DNA of 64,000 bases from an uncultured Pseudomonadota bacterium (GCA_964527595.1 CAZGPI010000003.1:1710-65709); one strand, 5' to 3'; positions 1 through 8,980 are shown, counted from the first letter of the stretch. Program-made: numbers and translations. The notes: generated from the sequence alone by a model not told the origin.

Positions 1-56
1 GCCCCTTGGACTTGTAGCTTCGGATGGCAGGACATCTTCTTCTTTGAATTGATCAG

Positions 57-161
57 CACCTTAAGAATTGGAAGCGAGAGTGGAAAATCGCTCTCATAGA
101 AGAACTGAATCCAGAATGGAATGATTTATATGAAGGAGTTTTTGGACCAGAAGAAAAATAA
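57..161 (+). pseudogene. C-terminal remnant of a small GIY-YIG (YhbQ/UPF0213-like) nuclease
   Basis: Manual translation of frame +3 from 57 gives HLKNWKREWKIALIEELNPEWNDLYEGVFGPEEK*, the typical C-terminus of small GIY-YIG nucleases. In-frame stops at 15-17 and 45-47 mean the N-terminal GIY-YIG motif is absent. It is either a truncation or a contig-end artefact. Confidence 0.75.
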
Positions 162-193
162 GATGGATCCCGGATCAAGCCCGGGATGACAAA
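162..193 (-). repeat. Family A palindromic REP-like element
   Basis: gatggatcccggatcaagcccgggatgacaaa, starting immediately after the GIY-YIG stop codon. Confidence 0.9.
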
Positions 194-267
194 TTTGGCA
201 GTATTAATATTGTTTAAAGATAAAAAACAATCGTTACTATTTATGTTAAATAGGTTTCAGAAGAGAT

Positions 268-948
268 CTAATATTCGAGTAAAAATTTAAGGGATGAAGC
301 AATTGGTTCGACAAATAATGGCCATTTTTCTTCATCGTTAAGGCCAATATCAAAAAGAAATGCAGGAGCAATAATGCCTTCAAGCGGTTTGATAGGAAGT
401 CCGCTTACCCCTGAAAAATCAAATAGTTTTTGATAATCTGGTTGTGTGAGCGTCATGTTAATTCGCTCACCGAATGATTTTGTTTTGTTGATATTGCGCA
501 TATGTACGTGGCTTACCGGCGCCAAATCAAGAGGCGGATAGCTCCGTCTAGCAAGATCGGCTAAAGGATCAAGCATGCGATGATAAACCTGTAGCCGTGG
601 TTTTTCATGATCTTCTTTATAAATATTTATGTTGATAAAGAGGTCGATATTGGTGCGATTGGCAAATGAGGCGTTTTGTAGATGGACTAATTCGTCTCCT
701 GGAACGCGAGTAAGAATTACTTTCATTTCATATCGGTCTTCAAGTGCTTTTGCAAGCCGTTCGGCAATTTTAAAGGCTATCGAGCGTTCGTAGTTATTGG
801 ATAATTTACGCCCGGTATTTTTAGCGTCGCCGGCCGGATTGATCATAACCACTTTTGGTTTTGCTGATGAGCTGAATAACCCATATGCACTATTGGTTGG
901 TAAGCTGCATATTAGGCATAGAAATAAAAAATAGTTTATTAATTTCAT
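268..948 (-). CDS. N-acetylmuramoyl-L-alanine amidase (Amidase_3)-like secreted protein, probably degenerate
   Basis: Signal peptide. VMINPAGD...YERSIA...VILTR...ANRTNIDLFINI parallels Amidase_3 motifs, but both Zn-binding His residues are missing. Confidence 0.7.
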   Translation of the reverse strand: MKLINYFLFLCLICSLPTNSAYGLFSSSAKPKVVMINPAGDAKNTGRKLSNNYERSIAFKIAERLAKALEDRYEMKVILTRVPGDELVHLQNASFANRTNIDLFININIYKEDHEKPRLQVYHRMLDPLADLARRSYPPLDLAPVSHVHMRNINKTKSFGERINMTLTQPDYQKLFDFSGVSGLPIKPLEGIIAPAFLFDIGLNDEEKWPLFVEPIASSLKFLLEY

Positions 949-986
949 AATTTTAACGGATTTGTGTTTTTGTGTTTTTTATCTTT

Positions 987-1020
987 TTTGTCATCCCGGA
1001 CACCGATCCGGGATCCATCC
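987..1020 (+). repeat. Family A element
   Basis: tttgtcatcccggacaccgatccgggatccatcc. Confidence 0.9.
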
Positions 1021-1044
1021 TAATTGAATCAAATTAAGGACTGC

Positions 1045-1058
1045 CCTGCACCTCCCTA
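1045..1058 (-). repeat. Partial family B element
   Basis: cctgcacctcccta, the half of the B consensus. It supplies the TAG stop of the adjacent gene. Confidence 0.55.
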
Positions 1059-1730
1059 ACAACGTTTAAATAATTTATCCCACTTTGGGCTTTGAAGTAT
1101 AACAAGGCAGATAAGAGCTGATAAGCATATGGCAAAAAAGCCGAAAAAGATAGATGCCTCAGATAGCCCGATTAGTCGCTGTGTCCAGGTAAATGGTGCA
1201 AAATTGATGAGATCTGGCCGTATAAGAGGATAAAACATTTTGCTGAAAACCAAGAAGATACTTGTCCATAGGGAACATTCAATGAGATTTTGTACCCCGG
1301 GGGTGATGTTTTTTACATTCAGCAAGGCTTTGATCTTTTTAATTACAACAACTGATCCCAAAAATGATGCGATGAGTAGGGATGGTAATAGTGGTTTGGT
1401 GAAAAAACCAAGAGCTTGGATGGTGGCAAACAAGTAACCATAGATTCCATAAGAAGCGAAAAAGATTAAAAATGATAAAAGCGAGGCTTTAACGTTGCGG
1501 CGAATGATGACAAAAAGGAAAAGGGCGGTAAAGAGTAGGAGAATGGTAAAAGGGTAGGTGTTACTTTCTGAGAGTTTGATGATTTGTGAAATACCAAGGT
1601 AATGAAACAATGTTTTGAGATAGGTTTTGAAAAAAATGCTTGAAAGTGCGCACATAAGAAAAATGAGTATGCCAAAAATAGGCATAAGGAAGAGCAAAAA
1701 ACTGTTTTTTTTGATCCTTTGTATATTCAT
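1056..1730 (-). CDS. Hypothetical polytopic membrane protein
   Basis: About six hydrophobic segments. ATG at 1730 is preferred because the ORF-track start (1802) lies inside a repeat. Confidence 0.7.
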   Translation of the reverse strand: MNIQRIKKNSFLLFLMPIFGILIFLMCALSSIFFKTYLKTLFHYLGISQIIKLSESNTYPFTILLLFTALFLFVIIRRNVKASLLSFLIFFASYGIYGYLFATIQALGFFTKPLLPSLLIASFLGSVVVIKKIKALLNVKNITPGVQNLIECSLWTSIFLVFSKMFYPLIRPDLINFAPFTWTQRLIGLSEASIFFGFFAICLSALICLVILQSPKWDKLFKRC

Positions 1731-1782
1731 AAAGTGGCCCTTTAATTGTTTTGAACAGAAGTAGTATAAGGGAGTTGTTATG

Positions 1783-1808
1783 CAAGCCGTTCCCTCCTGC
1801 ACCTCCCT
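1783..1808 (-). repeat. Family B element (intergenic)
   Basis: caagccgttccctcctgcacctccct. Confidence 0.9.
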
Positions 1809-1944
1809 GAAGGCTGTTCATTTACGAGCCCTCCCCATTAATAAAAGCATAGCAGTTTTGGGTAACCCTTTTGCAAGATTATAAAAATACTGACAAACTA
1901 TGGGCGGGAATAAGTTCTGTGAAAAAATAAAAGAGTAAGGTCGT

Positions 1945-3855
1945 ATGAAAAATTTATTGATAGAAGATATTGCATTGTGGGAAGCTCAGGCCGAAAAGCT
2001 ACCATGGTTTAAAAAATGGACAAAGGTTCTTGACGGAATAACACCTTTTTACAGCTGGTTTAAGGGCGGGCTTATTAATGCCTCGCATGCTTGTTTGGAT
2101 GTCCATATACAAGCTGGCCGTGGCGAACATACCGCAATTTTATGGGAAAATGAAAAGGGCGACAAGCGAAGCGTAAGCTATCAAGAGCTTTATGAATTAA
2201 CTAATCGCATTGCATTTGAGTTACGCCTTCTTGGTGTAAAAAAGGGTGATACCGTTGTGGTCTATTTGCCCATGATTCCTGAAGCGGTTGCAACTATGTT
2301 GGCTATTGCTCGGCTTGGCGCAATTCACGTCGTCGTATTTTCTGGCTTTGGCGCAGACGCATTACGTGATCGGATTACTGACGTTGGTGCCAAAATAGTA
2401 GTAACTACCGATTTTGATATTAGGCGCGGCAAACGAATTCCATTAAAGGAGTTTGTTGATAAAGCGGTTGAGCAGACATCCGGCGTTAGTGTTGTTTTAG
2501 TTGATTCCATTCTTAGGGGGTTTGCCAAGGGGGAACGCCTTGAAGAATATTATGTATTACCCGAACCCGTTGAATCATCGCATCCACTTTTTGTTTTATA
2601 CACCTCCGGCTCAACAGGAAAACCAAAAGGCATTATGCATTCGACCGGCGGTTATCTAACCTATGTTTATTCAACGATAAAATGGGCATTTAATATTAAT
2701 GAATCATCGGTTTATTGGTGTACCGCCGATATTGGATGGATTACCGGACATTCTTATGTAGCTTATGGGCCACTTATGCACGGTGCTACGATGGTGATGT
2801 ACGATGGTGCACCTGATAGTCCGCAACCAGATATTTGGTGGCAACTTATTGAACGATATAAAGTAACTATTTTTTATACGGCACCGACCGCTTTGAGATT
2901 TTTTATGAAGTTGGGCGATGCATTAGTACGCAAACATGATCTTTCTAGCTTACAAGTCTTAGGCTCAGTTGGTGAACCGCTTAATCCGCAGGTATGGCAT
3001 TGGTATAACGATGTTGTTGGCGGCCAGCGTTGCCCGATTATTGATACGTGGTGGCAGACCGAAACAGGTGGTTTTATGATTGCTCCAACGGCATTTTGTC
3101 ATCCTGAACTTGTTTCAGGATCCATTAAGCCAGGTTCGGTTGCTCAACCATTACCAGGCATCGAGGCTGGAGTTGTAGATGAATTTGGTGAGCCGGTTGA
3201 GGCAGAAACACGCGGCTTTTTGGTAATCAAAAAACCGTGGCCCGGAATGCCGCTTGGTTTTTTTGGCCAAGACCAAGAGCGATACCTCAAAACTTATTGG
3301 GAACGTTTTCCCGGCATGTATTTTTCTGGCGATTATGCCATAAAAGATGCTGATGGTTATTTTTGGATGTTGGGCCGCGCCGACGAAGTGCTTAATATTG
3401 CTGGCCATCGTGTTGGGACTGCTGAAATTGAATCGGCTATGCTTACGCATTCGGCGGTTGCCGAGGCGGCGGCTATTGGAGTGACCGATGATATTAAGGG
3501 GGAAACGGTTGTGGTCTTTGTTATTTTGAGAGATGAATATTCGTCCGCCCAAAATATCTCTAGGGGGTTTTCCAAGGGGGAACGCCTTGGAGATAATCTA
3601 CAGGCCGTTCCCTCCTGTACCTCCCTAGAAAAAGAACTTATTGTTTGCGTCCAAGAACGCATTGGAAAATTTGTAACCCCATCGGGTGTCCACATCCTTA
3701 CCAAATTACCTAAAACAAGATCAGGAAAAATTATGCGTCGAGTGCTTAAGGCAATGGTGCATAATACTCCTCTTGGCGATGTGACGACTATGGAAGATGA
3801 TAGTGTTATTGAAGAAGTGCTTGCGGTTTACCGAGACTTTTTAGCGCGACGCTAG
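1945..3855 (+). CDS. acs: Acetyl-CoA synthetase with four in-frame repeat copies
   Basis: YTSGSTGKPKG, WCTADIGWITGHSY, DTWWQTETGG and LPKTRSGKIMRR motifs. Confidence 0.95.
   Translation: MKNLLIEDIALWEAQAEKLPWFKKWTKVLDGITPFYSWFKGGLINASHACLDVHIQAGRGEHTAILWENEKGDKRSVSYQELYELTNRIAFELRLLGVKKGDTVVVYLPMIPEAVATMLAIARLGAIHVVVFSGFGADALRDRITDVGAKIVVTTDFDIRRGKRIPLKEFVDKAVEQTSGVSVVLVDSILRGFAKGERLEEYYVLPEPVESSHPLFVLYTSGSTGKPKGIMHSTGGYLTYVYSTIKWAFNINESSVYWCTADIGWITGHSYVAYGPLMHGATMVMYDGAPDSPQPDIWWQLIERYKVTIFYTAPTALRFFMKLGDALVRKHDLSSLQVLGSVGEPLNPQVWHWYNDVVGGQRCPIIDTWWQTETGGFMIAPTAFCHPELVSGSIKPGSVAQPLPGIEAGVVDEFGEPVEAETRGFLVIKKPWPGMPLGFFGQDQERYLKTYWERFPGMYFSGDYAIKDADGYFWMLGRADEVLNIAGHRVGTAEIESAMLTHSAVAEAAAIGVTDDIKGETVVVFVILRDEYSSAQNISRGFSKGERLGDNLQAVPSCTSLEKELIVCVQERIGKFVTPSGVHILTKLPKTRSGKIMRRVLKAMVHNTPLGDVTTMEDDSVIEEVLAVYRDFLARR
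2514..2542 (+). repeat. Family C element inside acs (RGFAKGERL)
   Basis: tagggggtttgccaagggggaacgccttg. Confidence 0.9.
3094..3125 (+). repeat. Family A element inside acs (FCHPELVSGSI)
   Basis: ttttgtcatcctgaacttgtttcaggatccat. Confidence 0.9.
3560..3628. repeat. Composite C + inverted B element inside acs (RGFSKGERLGDNLQAVPSCTSL)
   Basis: ctagggggttttccaagggggaacgccttgga-gataatcta-caggccgttccctcctgtacctccctag. Confidence 0.9.
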
Positions 3856-4217
3856 CGTTTGCTGGCTTTGCCTTTAATTTCTTCAATCGGATATTTTAAC
3901 GCCGTTTTTTCAAGTTTTTCCAAAAGAATTGTTGAGACATCAAAGCCAAGCGTATCGGCAAATCCAAGGCATGATTGAAGTATGTCCCCAAGTTCATCCT
4001 TAAGGTTTTGCTTGAATTCAGCGTTATCATTAAGCATTTGCTTAACCGTTTGCGTGTCTTTCCACAAAAAAAGTTCAAGCAATTCTGATGCTTCTACGCA
4101 GATGTCCATGGCCAAGTTTTGTGGGGTATGAAATTGACCCCACTCACGATCTTCGCGAAATTTTTTAACCGCATTTTTGAGTTCTAAGACCGTTGTTTGA
4201 GCATCATTATGTTTCAT
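3852..4217 (-). CDS. MazG-like nucleotide pyrophosphohydrolase
   Basis: REWGQFHTPQNLAMDICVEASELLELFLW...DELGD, all-alpha NTP pyrophosphatase motif. Confidence 0.9.
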   Translation of the reverse strand: MKHNDAQTTVLELKNAVKKFREDREWGQFHTPQNLAMDICVEASELLELFLWKDTQTVKQMLNDNAEFKQNLKDELGDILQSCLGFADTLGFDVSTILLEKLEKTALKYPIEEIKGKASKR

Positions 4218-4373
4218 ATCATTGATCCTTTAATATTATTTTTTATACTGGTGTTTCAAGTTTATGATTTTTCTGCTTTTTGCCAAGAAAGAAGTGATGA
4301 CAAAATGAGCTTCGCGGTGTATAGTTTTCCAAGATAAAAGGAATGGAGAACTTGGTTAAGGTAGTATGTTCAT

Positions 4374-5705
4374 ATGATTGCAAAATCAAGCCATGTTAAA
4401 GATTTTTACAAAAAAAATTGGCAAGAGCGATTAGCTTTCGTCAAATCGTTTGCTCATTTATCAGATGAAGAGGTTGAGCTTCTTAAGTTGGTGCGTACCG
4501 TTGATGGTTATGTATACGATCCAACAATCGAAAATGTTGTTTCTGGTATTGTCATTCCGCTCGGAATTGCGACTAATTTTATCATCAATGGCAAAGACTA
4601 TTTGATTCCAATGGCAACAGAAGAACCAAGTGTTGTTGCCGGCGCCTGTAATGCTGCAAAACTTGCGCGCCCAAATGGCGGATTTTCGGTTTGTGCTGAC
4701 GATCCGATTATGATAGGCCAACTATTAATTGTTGGCATTGATGATTTTAAAAAGGCCGAAAAGGCCTTTTCTAGTCTAACCGATTCTTTTTTGGCGATAG
4801 CCAATGCACAAGATCCATTTTTGGTAACTATTGGTGGTGGTGCTCGCGAACTCTCTATACGTGAGTTGCAATCACCGCGTGGATTATTTTTAGTTATTCA
4901 TCTGCTGGTTAATGTTAAAGATGCCATGGGCGCCAATATTGTTAATAGTATGCTTGAAGCCTTGGCACCAGTTATTGTTGATGCTATTGGTGGAACCGCG
5001 CGCGCAAAAATTGTTTCTAATTTGGCAACCAGCCGGATGGTTACTGCCACGGCAACCTGGAAACATGAGCTTCTTGGTAAAGAATTAATTGAAGCATTAT
5101 TGGATGTTTATACCTTTGCCTGTGTTGATCCGCATCGCGCGGTGACGCATAACAAAGGGATTATGAATGGTGTTGATGCTGTTGCCTTGGCAACAGGGAA
5201 TGACTTCCGTGCCGTTGAGGCAGGAGCTCATGGATTTGCGGCAACGGTTTGTTACGAATCTTCATATCAACCATTAACCCATTATGAACTTAATGAACAT
5301 GGAGATTTGGTTGGCACACTTCGCATGCCATTAGCTGTTGGCGTTGTTGGTGGTACGACCAAAAGTAATTCAATTGCTTCTTTATGTTTGAAAATTCTTG
5401 GTGTACAAACAGCAGCCGAACTTGCGGGTATTATGGCGGCCGTTGGTTTAGCACAAAATTTCGCGGCGCTTAAAGCGTTGGCAAGTGAAGGAATTCAAAA
5501 AGGGCACATGCGATTACATAGTCGTAACGTTGCCATTAACGCCGGCATTCCACATAACTTGGTTGATGATATTGCGCGGCGCATGGTTGATGAAGATAAA
5601 ATTTCTTTTGATCGGGCTAAAGAACTTCTTATTATTGTAGGGCGTTCCCCCCTAAACCCCCCTAATAATTCTTTAGCAACTTCAGCAACTCAGGATAAAT
5701 TGTGA
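4374..5705 (+). CDS. mvaA: Class II HMG-CoA reductase
   Basis: ENVVS, PMATEEPSVVA, DAMGAN, RAVTHNKGIMNG, GNDFRAVEA and GIQKGHMRLH motifs. Confidence 0.95.
   Translation: MIAKSSHVKDFYKKNWQERLAFVKSFAHLSDEEVELLKLVRTVDGYVYDPTIENVVSGIVIPLGIATNFIINGKDYLIPMATEEPSVVAGACNAAKLARPNGGFSVCADDPIMIGQLLIVGIDDFKKAEKAFSSLTDSFLAIANAQDPFLVTIGGGARELSIRELQSPRGLFLVIHLLVNVKDAMGANIVNSMLEALAPVIVDAIGGTARAKIVSNLATSRMVTATATWKHELLGKELIEALLDVYTFACVDPHRAVTHNKGIMNGVDAVALATGNDFRAVEAGAHGFAATVCYESSYQPLTHYELNEHGDLVGTLRMPLAVGVVGGTTKSNSIASLCLKILGVQTAAELAGIMAAVGLAQNFAALKALASEGIQKGHMRLHSRNVAINAGIPHNLVDDIARRMVDEDKISFDRAKELLIIVGRSPLNPPNNSLATSATQDKL
5637..5665 (-). repeat. Family B/C element in the HMGR C-terminus (VGRSPLNPP)
   Basis: Reverse complement reads ttaggggggtttaggggggaacgccctac. 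Confidence 0.75.
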
Positions 5706-6859
5706 TCACCGGTATCTTGGGATACGGTGCATACTTACCTCGTTGGCGCCTCAAAGGTTCTGATATTGCTCAAGCATGGTCAAACGATTGGGAAAAAATT
5801 TTTGCCAGTATTGCAGTGCACGAAAAAGTAGTCCCATCAATTGATGAAGATACAACTACTATCGCCGTTGCTGCATCAGTTAATGCGCTTGCTCGCGCCG
5901 GTATTTCTGCCGATATCATTAATGCAATTTTTGTGGGGAGTGAGAGCCATGTATATGCCGTCAAGCCGACCGCAACTATGGTTGCTCAAGCATTAGGTAT
6001 TAACAAATTTAGTCACGCGGCCGATCTTGAATTTGCCTGCAAAGCAGGAACGGCTGCACTTATGACCTGTTGCTCTTTGGTCGGTTCAGGCATGGCAACT
6101 CATGCGCTTGCTATTGGTGCCGATACGGCACAAGCTGCTCCGGGCGATATTCTTGAATATACAGCGGCGGCCGGTGGTGCAGCATTTATTGTTGCTCGGG
6201 ATAATGACTATTCCGGGGAGGTGCCGGAGGGAACGGCCGGCGTATCCATTTGTGATATTGATTTTCCGGGGAGGTGCGGGAGGGAACGGCCCGCTAATAT
6301 TGCTAATCAATCCTTATTAGCCATTATCGAACATACGTGTTCCCTAACCACCGACACACCAGATTTTTGGCGCCGACCTACCGAAAATTATCCAGAACAC
6401 ACCGGACGGTTTACCGCCGAGCCAGCATATTTTCATCATGTTGCTACGATTACTCAAGAAATTTTACGCCAAGTTAATTTATCTCCGTCCGATATTGACC
6501 ACGTTATTTTTCACCAACCCAATGGTCGCTTTCCGGTAAATATAGCCAAGCGTCTTGGATTTTCTAAAGACGCTTTAACCCATGGCCTTCTTGCCCCAAA
6601 TGTGGGTAATACTTATAGCGCGGCAACGTTACTTGGCCTGACCGCGGTTCTTGATAATGCGCAACCCGATCAACGAATATTGGTTGTTAGTTATGGGAGT
6701 GGAAGCGGTTCAGATGCCTTATTGTTGCGTACTACCGAGCATCTTATTCCGCGGCGAGCACGTGCTCCAATAACTGCCGATTATATTGCGCGTAAGGAAT
6801 ATGTAACGTATCAACAATATCGGCGCATTATGGAAATTGTTCACGGGGGTGATCGATGA
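5702..6859 (+). CDS. mvaS: Archaeal-type HMG-CoA synthase with a repeat-containing insertion
   Basis: DLEFACKAGT, TPDFWRR, FHQPNGRFP, VGNTYSA and SYGSGSGSDA motifs. Confidence 0.93.
   Translation: MITGILGYGAYLPRWRLKGSDIAQAWSNDWEKIFASIAVHEKVVPSIDEDTTTIAVAASVNALARAGISADIINAIFVGSESHVYAVKPTATMVAQALGINKFSHAADLEFACKAGTAALMTCCSLVGSGMATHALAIGADTAQAAPGDILEYTAAAGGAAFIVARDNDYSGEVPEGTAGVSICDIDFPGRCGRERPANIANQSLLAIIEHTCSLTTDTPDFWRRPTENYPEHTGRFTAEPAYFHHVATITQEILRQVNLSPSDIDHVIFHQPNGRFPVNIAKRLGFSKDALTHGLLAPNVGNTYSAATLLGLTAVLDNAQPDQRILVVSYGSGSGSDALLLRTTEHLIPRRARAPITADYIARKEYVTYQQYRRIMEIVHGGDR
6212..6294 (+). repeat. Two tandem family B elements inside HMGS
   Basis: tccggggaggtgccggagggaacggccggc (6212-6241) and ttccggggaggtgcgggagggaacggcccgc (6263-6294), read in two different frames (SGEVPEGTAG; FPGRCGRERPA). 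Confidence 0.9.
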
Positions 6860-8052
6860 AAATTCCTGTATTAGGAATTGGGTGTACACCGTTTGGTGAA
6901 TTATGGCATCACAGCCTTGCCGACCTTTTAGCTCAATCGCAACACGAAGCATTACGTGATGCCCATCTTAAACCTTCAGATATTGATATGCTTTTTGTGG
7001 CCAATATTGGTGCTGAATTATGGGGCGGACAAGGTCATCTTGGTGCATTGGCTGCCGATGTTCTTGGCGTCTCGGTTCCTTCAATACGCATCGAATCTGC
7101 ATGCGCTTCGGGAGGTATGGCATTAGCGGCTGGCGTGATGGCAATTATGTCCGGTTCTGCGCGTGTGGTTATGATAAGCGGTGTAGAAAAAATGACCGAC
7201 GTTGATCCTGCAACCGTGACCGCCGGACTTATGGGCGCCTGTTTGCGTGATGCTGAATATATGGCCGGGGCTTCATTTGCCTCGTTGTTTGCGTTGGTGA
7301 CACGTCAGTATTTTCATACCTATGGTATTGGGCGCGAACACCTTGCGGCTGTGAGTGTCAAAAACCATGCGCATGCATTACTCAATCCGTTGGCGCATAT
7401 ACGCAAAAAAATTTCGATTGATGATGTGATGCGATCACCAATGATTGCCGATCCATTATCACTCCTTGATTGTTCACCAATTTCTGATGGTGCGGCGACA
7501 ATTATTTTGGGAAGCACTCGTTGCCAAAATGGCGGTGATTTGGCTGGCGTAAATATCATCGCCTCTTCTCAAGCAACCGACACGATGACAATCGCTGCTC
7601 GGCCAACCCTTACTTCATTTGCTGCTACCAAAAATTCGGCCGCGCGCGCATTTGCTCAAGCGGGCATTACGCCCGATATGGTTAATGTTGCCGAGGTGCA
7701 CGATGCATTTACGATGGCTGAGATTATTGCGCTCGAGGATTTAGGCTTTTCTGCTCCCGGTATGGCTGCATTCCAGGGGGGTGTTGGCTTGTCCGCCATA
7801 GCCTTGGCGACGGCGGAAGGGAACGCCCTACCATCTTATCTCATTAATCCTTCCGGCGGCCTCAAAGCAAAAGGCCATCCCATTGGTGCAACTGGAATTG
7901 CACAAGCCGTTGAGATTGTTTTGCAATTACGAGGAAAAGCAAATGCTCGTCAAGTGCCCGATGCTCGTTTTGGGTTAACGCATAATATGGGCGGAATTGG
8001 AACTACGGTTGCTGTTCATATATTTGAACGTGAACAAGAGAGCGGGTTGTGA
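6856..8052 (+). CDS. Archaeal-type acetoacetyl-CoA thiolase (acetyl-CoA C-acetyltransferase)
   Basis: ESACASGG, GVEKMTD, AEVHDAFT and NPSGGLKAKGHPIGATG motifs. Translationally coupled to HMGS. Confidence 0.93.
   Translation: MKIPVLGIGCTPFGELWHHSLADLLAQSQHEALRDAHLKPSDIDMLFVANIGAELWGGQGHLGALAADVLGVSVPSIRIESACASGGMALAAGVMAIMSGSARVVMISGVEKMTDVDPATVTAGLMGACLRDAEYMAGASFASLFALVTRQYFHTYGIGREHLAAVSVKNHAHALLNPLAHIRKKISIDDVMRSPMIADPLSLLDCSPISDGAATIILGSTRCQNGGDLAGVNIIASSQATDTMTIAARPTLTSFAATKNSAARAFAQAGITPDMVNVAEVHDAFTMAEIIALEDLGFSAPGMAAFQGGVGLSAIALATAEGNALPSYLINPSGGLKAKGHPIGATGIAQAVEIVLQLRGKANARQVPDARFGLTHNMGGIGTTVAVHIFEREQESGL
7775..7831 (+). repeat. Family B/C element interrupted by a nested 30-nt family D hairpin, inside thiolase
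   Basis: aggggggtgttgg[cttgtccgccatagccttggcgacggcgga]agggaacgccctac. Confidence 0.75.
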
Positions 8053-8113
8053 TATACTCAGCAAGCAATAATTATTTTGTTTGCGTATATGATGTAAAAA
8101 TATAAGGAATAAC

Positions 8114-8980
8114 ATGGTATTTCTTAGTCCCCGAAGCGATATGGTATTCAAAAAGCTTTTTGGAACACCAGCCAATAGGGAATTAACCATAAGCTTTTTA
8201 AACAGTGTCTTGGAACTTCCCGAAGGAAAACGCATTGTTAACGTTGAATTTAATGATCCAAATAATCACTTAGAAACGTTGCGCCAAAAATTTAGTATTG
8301 TTGATATTCGTTGTACCGATGAGCGTGGATATCAGTACATTATTGAAATGCAGAATCAAGACTATCACAACTTTGCTCAACGGGCTCAGTATTATAGTTC
8401 CTGTGGTATTTCAGTTCAGTTGCAAGTTGCAGAAGAATACCAAAACTTATTACCGATTATTTTTGTTGGTATTGTTAATTACACGTTATTTCCTCGCCAT
8501 GACCGTTATTTGACGCATCATTACACGCTTGATATACAAGACCAATATCGCGATCTTGATCTAACGGCATATCATTTTATTGAGCTGCCTAAATTCAAAA
8601 AAGAGATAACGCAGGACGATTCGCTTATTGATAAATGGATTTATTTTCTTAAGCACGCAGAAGAAATAGAAGAGATTCCTTCAACACTTCAAAACACAAA
8701 ACCATTTTCTAATGCATTTCATGTATTAACTCAAAGTGCTTGGACCATGAGGGATTTGGCATTATATAAGCAACAGGTTGATACATTACGGGTTGAAAAA
8801 GGTGTATTGAAAACGGCTGAAATGAAGGGGCGTGAAGAAGGCCGTGACGAAGGCCGTGATGAACGTTCGCTTGAAGTTGCTCGCAATATGTTGGCCGAAG
8901 GTATCGATAAAGCCATTATTGCAAAAATTACAGGACTGACCGCTGATGTAATTCAAAAATTAAAAAAGGATGAAGAATAA
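8114..8980 (+). CDS. Rpn-family recombination-promoting nuclease / PD-(D/E)XK putative transposase
   Basis: PRSDMVFKKLFG, SIVDIRCTD, IIEMQ, FIELPKF, KWIYFLK and a C-terminal GREEG...VARNML...IAKITGL tail. Confidence 0.92.
   Translation: MVFLSPRSDMVFKKLFGTPANRELTISFLNSVLELPEGKRIVNVEFNDPNNHLETLRQKFSIVDIRCTDERGYQYIIEMQNQDYHNFAQRAQYYSSCGISVQLQVAEEYQNLLPIIFVGIVNYTLFPRHDRYLTHHYTLDIQDQYRDLDLTAYHFIELPKFKKEITQDDSLIDKWIYFLKHAEEIEEIPSTLQNTKPFSNAFHVLTQSAWTMRDLALYKQQVDTLRVEKGVLKTAEMKGREEGRDEGRDERSLEVARNMLAEGIDKAIIAKITGLTADVIQKLKKDEE

Noticed and set aside
1731..1802. N-terminal extension MQEGTAC... of ORF 1056..1802
   Set aside because: The GTG start lies within a B repeat. ATG 1730 is the more plausible start.
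6212..6294. Tandem ~30-nt repeats with a short spacer as a mini-CRISPR
   Set aside because: Only two non-identical copies, inside a CDS, of a dispersed family. No cas genes are present.
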